From: an uncultured Gemmatimonadaceae bacterium
GTDB taxonomy: Bacteria; Gemmatimonadota; Gemmatimonadetes; Gemmatimonadales; Gemmatimonadaceae
NCBI GenBank assembly: GCA_963781585.1
Contig: CAWAGQ010000007.1
Coordinates: forward strand, 422,886-486,885
Reading direction: 5' to 3'
DNA length: 64,000 nucleotides
In this document: in pieces, positions 31,664 to 41,236 of the stretch
Position numbering within the stretch: position 1 is the first letter of the stretch
Layout of the letters: each line of letters starts with the position of its first letter
Made by a program: the position numbers and the translations under genes
Notes under the pieces: model-generated
What the model was told of the DNA's origin: nothing
The model's input: only the letters and a program-made list of their open reading frames with translations
Database searches by the model: none

Positions 31664-33745
31664 CTACCGCGGTACCACCGGCAGGACCACGTGCGACGGA
31701 TGCGCCGCATCATGCACCAGCCGCTGATGCGCGACCACGAACGTGCTGTCGCGCTCGTTGTTCGCTCCGGTATTCAGATTGCGATCGTACTTGGGGAACA
31801 GCGCCGACGACACCGTGACGCGGATGCGATGGCCGGGCTCGAACACGCGTGACGTGAACCAGAGGTCCACGTCGTAGCGCTCGACCTGTCCGGGGGTGAG
31901 CGGCACCTCACGGCCGTACCCCTTCCGGAACCGCGCCCGCACCAGGCCGTCCTGCACCCGTTGGGCATGGCCATCGGGGAAGACGTCGAGCAGCATCAGA
32001 TCCCAGTCGGTGTCCCTTGCATCGGTTGCCGCCCACAGTGTGGCGGACATCTGGCCGGTCACCTCGATTGCGTTCGTCAGCGGCTTCGACGTGAAGACCA
32101 GCTCGTCGTGTCGCGCCGCGTTCACGGTCGTGTAATCCTCATTCAGCGACGTCTCGAGCTCGCGCGAGTCGATCAGGAACGGCGTGGGATTCGCCGGATC
32201 GTAGGTGAACGTGTCCACCGCGGCGCCAGTCGGCGGAATCGTGTCCAGCACACCGTCGCCGCCGCTGCTGTTCGCGAGGCCACCGGACGCCAGATACCAG
32301 TTGGTGGGAACCGCCCGCGCCAGCGGCCAGCCGGTCTCCTTGCGCCACGCGTTGTCGCCGATGACGAAGATGTCCAGCGGCGGCTCCCGGTCCACGCCGT
32401 TGTCCCTGCCCAGCAGATAGTGATCGAACCAGCGGAGCTGGAGGCGCCGCGTGTCCACGCGAGCTTGCGGTCCGAACTCGCCGGCCACGTAGTCGATGCC
32501 CCGATGCGCTCCGGGTCCCATCACGAGCCGGATGAACGGATGCCCCGGCACCTTGTTGAGCGCGTTGGTGTAGTCGATCGGCCCGCGCGAATCGTCGTAC
32601 CACCCCGAGATCTGCAGCACCGGCGCTCGCACTCTCGCGATGTTCGTCGTCACCGCATGCGCGCGCCAGTACGCGTCGAGACTGGGGTGCGCGATCCATC
32701 GATCCCACAGCTTTACGTTGCCGCATTGCAGTCGTTGCGGCAGGTCGCTCAGCGGCAGGTGTGCAAGCTCGGCGCCGATGTCGAGGTCGCTGATGTTCTG
32801 CATCGTGCGCGCGCGCATCAGGCACGCCCAGGCGACGTTGATCGGCGAGAAGACCATGTCCTCGTACGGCACGATGCGCCACGGGTCGCCGGTCGCGGCC
32901 GAGGGGGCGATCGCGGCGAGATGGGGCGGCGCGCTCACCGCGGCATACCACGCCAGCCGTCCTTCGTCGGAGTGTCCGATGAGGCCGACCTTCCCGTTCG
33001 CGTCAGGCAGGCGCGCCGCCCACTCGACGGCGTCGTAGCTGTCCTGCACGTCGGTGTCGTAGTCGCCGAAGTCGTTCCCGTCCGACACGTCGCGGCCGCG
33101 CACGTGCTGCGCCACGAAGATGTATCCGCGCGACGCCCAGTACCGGCCCGCCGGATGCAGGATACGCGTGTACGGCGTGCGCTGGAGGACCACACCGAAC
33201 GGTCCCGTGCCAACGGGGCGCGCGATGTAGCTGGCCAGGCGCGCGCCGTCGCGCGTGGTCATGAACACCAGCGTGTCTTCGGTGATCGCGTATGCCGAGT
33301 CGGACACCGGTCCCGGCCACGGCGTGTAGGGCTGTTCCACGACGAACGGCGTGAGGCGCGGCTCGAGCCGGATGCGGCGGCCGGACGGCTTGCCTCCCGA
33401 CAGCATCACGCCGACAAGTGTGTCGCCGCGCCAGGCGGCGGCGATGGCCTGATCGTCAGGGCCGCTCAAGGTCACCGAGTCAGCGTTCGACGCGACACGT
33501 GTGACATCGAGGATCGGTTCACCGGTACGCCGGCGAATCGCGCCCACAACACCGGAGTCGCTTTCCGCGAACTGCGCAAACCCCATACGCCGCCACCCCT
33601 CGAATCCGGCATTCGGAGTCGACCCGTTCACCAGATAGGCGTCCCAGTCGCCGGCGAGCGTCGGCGCACTGTTGGTCCGGCTGCAGGCGGCGACGTTGGC
33701 GGCAGCGAGCACGGCGCACACCTGCGGGAGGACGGAGCGCATCAT
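31664..33745 (-). CDS. CocE/NonD family hydrolase (lipoprotein)
   Basis: TRDGARLA, QRTPY, RGR..SDG, SGWYD, PepX_C-like C-terminus FPKYDRNLNTG; VAAC lipobox. Confidence 0.92.
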   Translation of the reverse strand: MMRSVLPQVCAVLAAANVAACSRTNSAPTLAGDWDAYLVNGSTPNAGFEGWRRMGFAQFAESDSGVVGAIRRRTGEPILDVTRVASNADSVTLSGPDDQAIAAAWRGDTLVGVMLSGGKPSGRRIRLEPRLTPFVVEQPYTPWPGPVSDSAYAITEDTLVFMTTRDGARLASYIARPVGTGPFGVVLQRTPYTRILHPAGRYWASRGYIFVAQHVRGRDVSDGNDFGDYDTDVQDSYDAVEWAARLPDANGKVGLIGHSDEGRLAWYAAVSAPPHLAAIAPSAATGDPWRIVPYEDMVFSPINVAWACLMRARTMQNISDLDIGAELAHLPLSDLPQRLQCGNVKLWDRWIAHPSLDAYWRAHAVTTNIARVRAPVLQISGWYDDSRGPIDYTNALNKVPGHPFIRLVMGPGAHRGIDYVAGEFGPQARVDTRRLQLRWFDHYLLGRDNGVDREPPLDIFVIGDNAWRKETGWPLARAVPTNWYLASGGLANSSGGDGVLDTIPPTGAAVDTFTYDPANPTPFLIDSRELETSLNEDYTTVNAARHDELVFTSKPLTNAIEVTGQMSATLWAATDARDTDWDLMLLDVFPDGHAQRVQDGLVRARFRKGYGREVPLTPGQVERYDVDLWFTSRVFEPGHRIRVTVSSALFPKYDRNLNTGANNERDSTFVVAHQRLVHDAAHPSHVVLPVVPR

Positions 33746-34125
33746 TGCTGTACCTGGGGGCGCTTCTTCCACGCCACTGCGAACAGAATCACGAAGACCG
33801 CCTCACAGACAAGAGATGCGACGCCTGCCGGCTCGAGCCAGGCGTCCGGTTCAGCGGGAAGCCCCGGCAAGCCGATGGTGCGACTTGCTACATACGCCAG
33901 GAAGGCACCGCCTGCTACCAGGAGGCCCAACAGCCATCCCAGCGTGCGCTGATTGCGATGAATGCCGATCGCCGCGATGAGCGCAGCGACAGCATTGCCG
34001 ACAAAGAGCAGACCCTTGTACGTAGCCTCGCCGAAGGAGTCTTGCGCTTCCAGGGCGTGGATAAGGCCCGTCCCGAGGATTGCCGCGATGGCAAGCCACT
34101 TCACGGCCGGGGCAGTCGTCGACAT
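33742..34125 (-). CDS. Small integral membrane protein
   Basis: About 4 hydrophobic segments, SRTIGLPG motif; overlaps the cocE start. Confidence 0.75.
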   Translation of the reverse strand: MSTTAPAVKWLAIAAILGTGLIHALEAQDSFGEATYKGLLFVGNAVAALIAAIGIHRNQRTLGWLLGLLVAGGAFLAYVASRTIGLPGLPAEPDAWLEPAGVASLVCEAVFVILFAVAWKKRPQVQQ

Positions 34126-34376
34126 GTGACAGTCCTCAAGGTCCAGGTGAAGCGGAAGTGCCCTCGCGCTCTCGAGGGAGCGACCGACCTTCCGCTGCCG
34201 GTCGGCGTACGATAGCACACTTTGGGGGTCGGTGTCTCCAGGAGCCTGGCTCGGCAATCGCGATAGACCGGCCACGGGACGGAGTAGTGGCAGCCTCGGT
34301 CGCGCTGAATCCATTCTTTCGGCGCAGGGGATTCCCTTATGCCGCTCCAGGCTGAACGCGGATACCGTCCACAACC

Positions 34377-35855
34377 ATGCGCGTCCTCCTCGTCTCACCC
34401 GAGTTCCCCGATACCTTCTGGAGTTTCCGGCACGCGCTGCCCTTCATCCGGCGCAAGGCGTCGTTTCCACCGCTCGGGCTGCTGACAGTGGCCGCGCTGC
34501 TCCCGGCCGAATGGGAGAAGCGGCTCGCGGACCTCAACGTTTCGGCGCTGTCGCAGGACGATCTGGCGTGGGCGGACTACGTCTTTGTCGGTGCCATGGT
34601 CGCGCAGCGGACGTCGGCGCGCGAGGTGATCGCGCGCAGCCGGGCCGCCGGTGTGCCAATCGTCGCCGGTGGCCCGCTCTTCACCGGTGAGCCTGAGGCG
34701 TTTCCCGACGTCGATCACCTCGTGCTCGGCGAGGCCGAGGTGACGTTGCCGCGGTTTCTCGAGGACCTGGCGCGCGGCACCCCGCAGCGCGTCTACACCT
34801 CCACAGAGTTCGCCGACCTGCAGAGCACGCCGATACCGCTCTGGGAGCTTGCGGACCTCAGACGCTACGCGTCGGTCAGTCTGCAGTTCTGCCGCGGCTG
34901 TCCCTATGACTGCGAGTTCTGCAACGTCACCGCGATGCTGGGACACCGGCCGCGCACCAAGCCGATCGCCGCGGTGATCGCGGAACTGGACCGGCTCGAA
35001 TCGTTAGGCTGGCGTGGCTCGGTGTTCTTCGTCGACGACAACCTGATCGGCAACAAGCGCCTGGTGAAGGAGCGCCTCCTGCCGGCGCTGGTCGACTGGC
35101 GACGGGACAAGCAGCTGGGGCCGTTCTACAGCCAGGTCTCGCTGAACGTGGCCGACGATCCCTCGCTGCTCGCCCTGATGTCGAAGGCCGGTTTCGACTC
35201 CGTCTTTGTGGGTATCGAGACTCCCGACGAGGATGCGCTCGCGGAGTGCAACAAGAAGCAGAACCTGGGTCGGGACCTGGTCGCCGACGTCAAGCGCGTG
35301 CAACGAGCGGGGATCGAGGTCACCGCGGGATTCATCGTCGGCTTCGACAACGACACGGCGGCCACCTTTCAGCGGCAGTTCGACTTCATTCAGCGGAGCG
35401 GCATCGTCACGGCGATGATCGGCCTGCTGCAGGCGCCGGCCGGTACGCGGCTCCACGCGCGGATGGAGCGCGAGGGGCGGTTGCTCGGCGCCATGACCGG
35501 CGACAACTCGGATGGAACGACTAACATCGTGCCGGCCATGACCCTCGAGATTCTCCGGGAGCGCTACCGGGCGCTCATTCGCGGGATCTATTCGCCGCGC
35601 CAGTACTATCGCCGCGTGCGCACCTTTCTGCGCGAGTACAAGCCGCCGGTGGTGGCGCCGTCGATGGAGTGGCAGCGCGTGTTCGCGGGCGCACGATCGG
35701 CCGTTCGGCTCGGCATCGTGGGCCGGGAGCGCATGCACTACTGGGGTCTGATGCTCTGGACGCTGGTGAGGCGGCCGCGGCACCTGCCGCGTGCGATCAC
35801 CCTCGCGATCTACGGCTATCATTTCCGCCGCGTGAGCGAGCTGCACATTCAGTAG
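34377..35855 (+). CDS. B12-binding radical SAM protein (DUF4070-type C-terminus)
   Basis: PPLGLLTVA and IVAGGP B12-binding region; CPYDCEFC; FFVDDN, FVGIET. Confidence 0.92.
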   Translation: MRVLLVSPEFPDTFWSFRHALPFIRRKASFPPLGLLTVAALLPAEWEKRLADLNVSALSQDDLAWADYVFVGAMVAQRTSAREVIARSRAAGVPIVAGGPLFTGEPEAFPDVDHLVLGEAEVTLPRFLEDLARGTPQRVYTSTEFADLQSTPIPLWELADLRRYASVSLQFCRGCPYDCEFCNVTAMLGHRPRTKPIAAVIAELDRLESLGWRGSVFFVDDNLIGNKRLVKERLLPALVDWRRDKQLGPFYSQVSLNVADDPSLLALMSKAGFDSVFVGIETPDEDALAECNKKQNLGRDLVADVKRVQRAGIEVTAGFIVGFDNDTAATFQRQFDFIQRSGIVTAMIGLLQAPAGTRLHARMEREGRLLGAMTGDNSDGTTNIVPAMTLEILRERYRALIRGIYSPRQYYRRVRTFLREYKPPVVAPSMEWQRVFAGARSAVRLGIVGRERMHYWGLMLWTLVRRPRHLPRAITLAIYGYHFRRVSELHIQ

Positions 35856-35929
35856 AGAGCAGGTGGCTCTCGCGCTTGCTTCCTGGTGGCCGGGAATGTC
35901 GAGCCGGGGCCAGAGAATCCTGGCGGTCA

Positions 35930-36688
35930 TCATCCGGCAGGGTGCGCCGGCGCGTAGTGGAACACGACGTACTGAGACCGCCAGAGCGCGTTTTCGCTCT
36001 GCGCAGCGCGCACCCGGCGCATGCCCGCCGCGTGCACCTCGGCGGGAAGCAGCCGCATCGCCGAAGAACATCTTGCCTCGAGGCGCGCCACGAACTGGTC
36101 CGAGAGGGGAATGTCGCCAACGGACGGCTCCTCCCCGACGAGATGGAGGCCTGCCCCACCGGCGGCGGCATGCAGCCGTTGGGGATCGGGGTAGCGCTGT
36201 TGCTCGATGCTCAGGATTTCCGGGAAGTACTTCGTGAGACTGCGGTCGCGCATCGTCTCCGGCGAATCGGTGACGATCACGACGCGACCATGTGGCGACA
36301 GCACGCGCCGCGACTCGTGAAAGAACCGCCGCAGATCGACCAGGTGGTGTACGACGTCGACGGCAAACACGAGGGCACACTGCCGGTCGTGGCAAGGGAA
36401 GGCCTGGCAGGCATTGGCCTGCACGAAGGCTACCGGCGTGGAGCGCGCGCGTGCCTGTTCCAGCATGGGCTGGGAGAGGTCGAATCCGACATACGTGAGC
36501 TCCGGTCGGAGGGCGGCAAGGGCACAGATGTAGTTGCCGGTTCCGCATCCCGCCTCGAGGATCGTCGATCCGGCGGGAGCCTGATTCACAATCCGCGCCA
36601 ATGGCGCCACGACCCATGGCACGGCCCACCGCGCCCACGCGTAGGTGGGAGCGTACTGGTCGTAGTCGGTGGGGAAGTGGACAGTCAT
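35930..36688 (-). CDS. Class I SAM-dependent methyltransferase
   Basis: ILEAGCGTG, GFDLSQPML, RVLSPHG. Confidence 0.88.
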   Translation of the reverse strand: MTVHFPTDYDQYAPTYAWARWAVPWVVAPLARIVNQAPAGSTILEAGCGTGNYICALAALRPELTYVGFDLSQPMLEQARARSTPVAFVQANACQAFPCHDRQCALVFAVDVVHHLVDLRRFFHESRRVLSPHGRVVIVTDSPETMRDRSLTKYFPEILSIEQQRYPDPQRLHAAAGGAGLHLVGEEPSVGDIPLSDQFVARLEARCSSAMRLLPAEVHAAGMRRVRAAQSENALWRSQYVVFHYAPAHPAG

Positions 36689-36753
36689 CGGTGCATCACG
36701 GCAAAGTTGACACGTCACGAATCAGCGCTGCATCTACGGTTGCGCCCGCGTCG

Positions 36754-36936
36754 TTACGGCGGGCGGCGCAGGGCGCGCCAGGCGAAACCGAGCCCGATCA
36801 GGGCGAACCCGGCCGCCTGAAGCGGGCGCAGGTTGCCCGTGAGCCAACCGGCCACGCCGACGATCAGCAGTGCCGACCCAACTACGGTCATCACAAGGGC
36901 GGCCGGTGCCCGACGCCCTGGAATCGGGTTGTTCAT
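36754..36936 (-). CDS. Small two-TM hypothetical protein
   Basis: 60 aa with two hydrophobic segments, fills the gap between co-oriented genes. Confidence 0.5.
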   Translation of the reverse strand: MNNPIPGRRAPAALVMTVVGSALLIVGVAGWLTGNLRPLQAAGFALIGLGFAWRALRRPP

Positions 36937-36968
36937 GGACTCTAACTCGCGCTGGCGGAGATAGCGGA

Positions 36969-37337
36969 CTAGGGGATGCTGCGCCCGGAGATTGCCGACT
37001 GCAGCAACGCGACCGCGGCGTCGGGATGCTCCACTTCAATGATCAGCCGCCGGTAGTGCTCATGGTCGAGGTCGATCACGATCGTCCGCTCGGGATCATG
37101 GACATCGTAGAATGCCGCACCGTCGGAGGTGTAGAACGTTCCCGCCGTCAGGATGCCGGGAATCTGGGTACCCGGCAAGCGGAAGCCGTGCCACCACCCG
37201 CGCGCAGGCTCGGGATCCGCCCGCACGGCCCGGATGTGCGCGACGGGGATCTCCAGTTGACTCTTGAGCGCCCAGAGTTGGTCCCAGCCCTCCACGTCGA
37301 ACCGGACGCGATCGCCTTCCACGGATACGCGAACCAT
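36969..37337 (-). CDS. Conserved-looking hypothetical protein (PH-like)
   Basis: AGGAGG RBS; LWALKSQLEIP, RLPGT.IPG, YRRLIIEV. Confidence 0.75.
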   Translation of the reverse strand: MVRVSVEGDRVRFDVEGWDQLWALKSQLEIPVAHIRAVRADPEPARGWWHGFRLPGTQIPGILTAGTFYTSDGAAFYDVHDPERTIVIDLDHEHYRRLIIEVEHPDAAVALLQSAISGRSIP

Positions 37338-37421
37338 CAAATCCTCCTGTGCACTGTCGTTGTGCGACCTCCCGCCGCAGTGCTGATCGAGAGACGCCAC
37401 CACATCCGAACCTGCCTGACG

Positions 37422-38840
37422 CTACGACGCCTTCACCGCCGCCCGGATCGCGCGCCCTGGCCTCGCCGCTGTCACCTTGCCGCTGTCGACCACCACCTGC
37501 CCCCCAATGATCACATAGGGAATCCCGGCGGCGGGAATCGTCGCGTCTTCGTACGTCGACCGATCGATCACGGTCGCCGGGTCGAATAGCGTCAGGTCCG
37601 CATCCGCGCCGACCTTCACGCGCCCCTTCTGCGCCATGGACGGTACACGCGCCTCGAGCCGCTGCGCCGGCATCAGCGTCATCTTGCGCAGCGCGTCCAT
37701 GAGCGTGAGCCCGTGCTCCTCGCGCACGTACTTGCCGAGCACCTTGGAAAACGACCCCGACGCCCGTGGATGCCCGCGGCCGTTCTCGATGAATCCATCG
37801 CTCGCGATCATGGTGAGCGGACTCAGAATTGCCTGGCGCGTCTGTTCCTCGGTGCGGGTATGCATGATCACGGTGCCGCCGTTCTTCCGCGCCTCGCCGA
37901 AAGTCTTCCGCGTCAGGCGCTGGCCGCTGGAGACGAGCTGGATCTGCGCGAACTGCGGGTCGGACCAGCTCTTCCAGTCATCGAACAGCGCCGACGTGAT
38001 CTCGGTCATCGACGCCGCGTACGGATACGCTTCGGTCGTGACGTCCTGGCCCCGATCGCGGGCGGCCTGGATGTGGGCCAGGAATTCCGTGAGGGCGCTG
38101 TCGCCGCTCGAGTTTACGTGCACGATGTGGAGCCTGGCCCCGGCCGCGGCGGCCGCCGCGATCGTCGAGTCGAGGCCGGCCACGCCATTCCTCATATGGA
38201 TGTGCACCGACGCGCCCCCCTCCGCCGCCACGCGAAATACGCGCTCCATCTCCTGCATCGTCGCGCCCGGCGTGTACGCGCTCCCGGCACCTACGGCCAG
38301 CGCGCCCTCGGCCAGCCCCTTGCGCAGCAGCGACTCCATTTCTGCGATCTGTTTCTCGGTAGCCGTGCCGCTACCGCCGATGCCGGCCGGGACGAGACCG
38401 GTGCCGGGATCGCCGAGCACGCGCATGCGCACCGGGATGTGTCCGATGCTCACGCCGTAGTTCACGATCTGGCCGCCGTCGCGAGCCGCGTACCACTTCG
38501 CGACATCGTCGGTGCCGACCTCGAGCTCGAAGCCGGAGGTCACGCCGTCGCGGACCATCAGGGAATACGCCAGTTCCTGCTGGCCGTGCTCGTGCAGGTC
38601 GATGAATCCGGGCGCGACCACGAGTCCCGACGCGTCGATCGTACGCACGCCCTGGAGACGCGCCTCCGAGAGCGCAACGATGCGCCCGCCCGAGATGCCG
38701 ACCTGGCGCACCCCGTCGAGGCCTGACTCCGGATCCATGACGCGGCCGTTGGCGATGACGAGATCGTACGTCGTCGATGGTCCGCAGGCAGAAGCGGCCA
38801 GCAGCAGGGCAGGCAGCGCGGAGTGCGTGAGGTGTCTCAA
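37422..38840 (-). CDS. Amidohydrolase, D-aminoacylase-like lipoprotein
   Basis: NGRVMDPESG, PGFIDLHEH, ASDG, HPR, GADADLTLFD; start uncertain (TTG). Confidence 0.88.
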   Translation of the reverse strand: MRHLTHSALPALLLAASACGPSTTYDLVIANGRVMDPESGLDGVRQVGISGGRIVALSEARLQGVRTIDASGLVVAPGFIDLHEHGQQELAYSLMVRDGVTSGFELEVGTDDVAKWYAARDGGQIVNYGVSIGHIPVRMRVLGDPGTGLVPAGIGGSGTATEKQIAEMESLLRKGLAEGALAVGAGSAYTPGATMQEMERVFRVAAEGGASVHIHMRNGVAGLDSTIAAAAAAGARLHIVHVNSSGDSALTEFLAHIQAARDRGQDVTTEAYPYAASMTEITSALFDDWKSWSDPQFAQIQLVSSGQRLTRKTFGEARKNGGTVIMHTRTEEQTRQAILSPLTMIASDGFIENGRGHPRASGSFSKVLGKYVREEHGLTLMDALRKMTLMPAQRLEARVPSMAQKGRVKVGADADLTLFDPATVIDRSTYEDATIPAAGIPYVIIGGQVVVDSGKVTAARPGRAIRAAVKAS

Positions 38841-39210
38841 GGTGTCTCTCGCTGATGGTGGGCCACGCCGAACGACGAGGATGGTGCCGCGTCTGCGCGG
38901 CTCAAGATACGGTGGCGGGGGCGGTCGGGAAACGACTGCGACGGGTCGCACCTCACCTGGCGGATCCCCGGGCAAGAATGCGTTCAAACTGGTGAAAGAC
39001 GCCCGTACGAACCGCGGGAGTCCCGAGTTCGTCGCACCCAGAGCGGTCGCGCCGGTCGCGCCGGTCATGCCGGACGCAACCCTCCGGTCCGATCACGTCC
39101 AGCCGAGGATGACCGCGATGCTCAATCGAACCGTTTCTGGAATCCTGCCCGGCAGCGCCATGCTGGGCATCGGCGTCGTGCTGGCATCCACTATCCTCGC
39201 CGCCTCGCCA

Positions 39211-39480
39211 CTACGCTGGGATCGATAGTTGGTCGGGCCGACGAAGAAAGACCACGCGGGGAACGAACCGGAACGCGTGTTCCAGCATCAGCCGCTTCAT
39301 TTCGCCGTTGTAGCGGCCGCCCCAATACGAGCGTGCGAGAAACGTCCACCCGATCTCCACCTCGCCCTCCTCCTCGCTGTAGCCGAAGTAGCGCGACGAT
39401 CCGATGATGCGGCCGTCCCGCCGATCGAGCGCGACCAAGGCACCACCGGAAGCGAGCGACTCCTGAAAGAGGGTCTGGCG
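39211..39480 (-). pseudogene. Truncated GNAT (RimJ/RimL-like) acetyltransferase
   Basis: IIGSSRY, VEIGWTFLARSYWGG, EMKRLMLEHAF; both ends missing. Confidence 0.7.
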
Positions 39481-39485
39481 CGGCT

Positions 39486-40934
39486 CTACGGCCGCCACGC
39501 CGGCGTCTGACCGGTCCCCGCCGCAATGCGGGTCAGCATGGATCCGTCAGGTGCCATGGTGTGCACGCCGTCACTCCCGCAACCGCTCGGCGTGCAGATC
39601 AGCGCCTCGAAAGCCAGAAGGGTCCCGTCGGGGGACCAGGCCGGAGAGCGTCCCATTCGGAGTGCCGCGATGCCGGAACCGTCGATCCTCATGGTCGTGA
39701 TCGCGGTTTCGCTCGTGCCGCTGAATCGGTCGGTCGTGAACGCCAGGAGCTGCCCGTCCGGCCGCCACGTCGGATCGGCGTCCAGTCCGGGTTCGCCGGT
39801 GAGCCGCACCAGGCCCGAGCCGTCCGGATTGACGAGACACACATCGAGGTTCCCGGCGTCGATCTCGCAACTGAACGCGATCCTTGAGCCGTCAGGAGAC
39901 CACGCGGCTTGCGTTGCGTCCCTCACCGGCAGCGTCAAGTCTGTCACAGAGGACCCATCCGCGTGCATCACGTGCAGCTGGCGCGCGCCCTCGGGCCCTC
40001 GGCTGAATACGATCTTCGTGCCGTCTGGACTCGATGCGGGGTCCGCATCCGTCGTGTCGGTAGTAAGCAGCCGGGCGGTCGTCAGGTCCAGCGGTTCGAC
40101 CACCTGGAGGCCTGCCGGTGTGCATACATCGAGGTGGTCGCACCTGATGGATGGGTAGATGATGCGCCTACCATCGTTGGACCAGGCGGGACCGAGGCCG
40201 CCTCCGACATAGGTCGCCCCATCGACAAGCCCATCGGTGACCACCACGCTGGAGAAGCGCGTGAACGCAAGAACGAGGCGCCGGCAATCGAGCGCGAACT
40301 GCACCGCCGACAGCGCGCGTGAGACCACCGTCTGCAGGCCCGGTGACTCCGCGGATCCCGCGTTCAGCCGGCAGTTCCGATAGTGGTTGTCCAGACGTAC
40401 TTCATATTGGCCGGCCGGAAGACGCGTGATCAGCGCCTCGCCGTTGGCGCCGACTTGCGACAACACCGCCGGCCCGGAAGCCAGGCATTGTGAGGGCTCG
40501 GAGCAGGTCACGGGGGTCGCGTTTACAGCGTAGCCCAACGGCGGGATGTCAAAGCCGGTACTTGCGGTCGTGATCCGCAGCCCCGTCTCGTAGCAGGTCA
40601 CGTGCAACGGGACATGCGTCGAGTCGCCTACGGGGGTGGTCAGCTGGCGTTCGGTCGGACCATCCAGCAGACAGTTGTCGGCGATATCCTCGAGCGCGAT
40701 CGTGTGGTCGCGCGTGGTCGGGTGGAATTTCAGGTTCCAATCCGTCGCGATGTGGTAGGTTGCGCTGTCGAGGCGAAAGACATAGCCGTTGAGGTCCAGA
40801 TCGCCACCGCTCGTGCTGATGGCCACGAACAGGACGCCCGATTTCGGACCGGCGGCATCCTGACAGGCCACCAGCGACAGCAGGACAACGAGGACCGTTG
40901 CACACCTGGGCAAGACAGAGGCGTCACGACGCAT
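39486..40934 (-). CDS. TolB-like (PD40 repeat) lipoprotein
   Basis: LVAC lipobox; repeated PAWSPDG-type motifs. Confidence 0.88.
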   Translation of the reverse strand: MRRDASVLPRCATVLVVLLSLVACQDAAGPKSGVLFVAISTSGGDLDLNGYVFRLDSATYHIATDWNLKFHPTTRDHTIALEDIADNCLLDGPTERQLTTPVGDSTHVPLHVTCYETGLRITTASTGFDIPPLGYAVNATPVTCSEPSQCLASGPAVLSQVGANGEALITRLPAGQYEVRLDNHYRNCRLNAGSAESPGLQTVVSRALSAVQFALDCRRLVLAFTRFSSVVVTDGLVDGATYVGGGLGPAWSNDGRRIIYPSIRCDHLDVCTPAGLQVVEPLDLTTARLLTTDTTDADPASSPDGTKIVFSRGPEGARQLHVMHADGSSVTDLTLPVRDATQAAWSPDGSRIAFSCEIDAGNLDVCLVNPDGSGLVRLTGEPGLDADPTWRPDGQLLAFTTDRFSGTSETAITTMRIDGSGIAALRMGRSPAWSPDGTLLAFEALICTPSGCGSDGVHTMAPDGSMLTRIAAGTGQTPAWRP

Positions 40935-41236
40935 AGGAACCGTCCGTGGTGCGTTGTGAACCGGCGCCTGCTGAGCCGCATTGGGAAATGCTGCACGGAC
41001 ACCGGGCTGGTCGGCAGGAATCCGAAGAGTATATTTGCAGCGCCAGCCGATGCCGGCAAGCGGCCTCCGCCGCACGGATCGCGTCGACGAGGCATCGCCT
41101 GCGCGAAGCGCGGCCTGAGAAAGGGGTCCGGGCGCCTCCCGCTGGTGGCGATGCAGCTGCTTCGTGCCGCGCTCCCGCTCGTCCCCCAGCCGATGCCCTC
41201 GCGACGCCACCTAACGATTCACTGTAGCGTGCGTGC

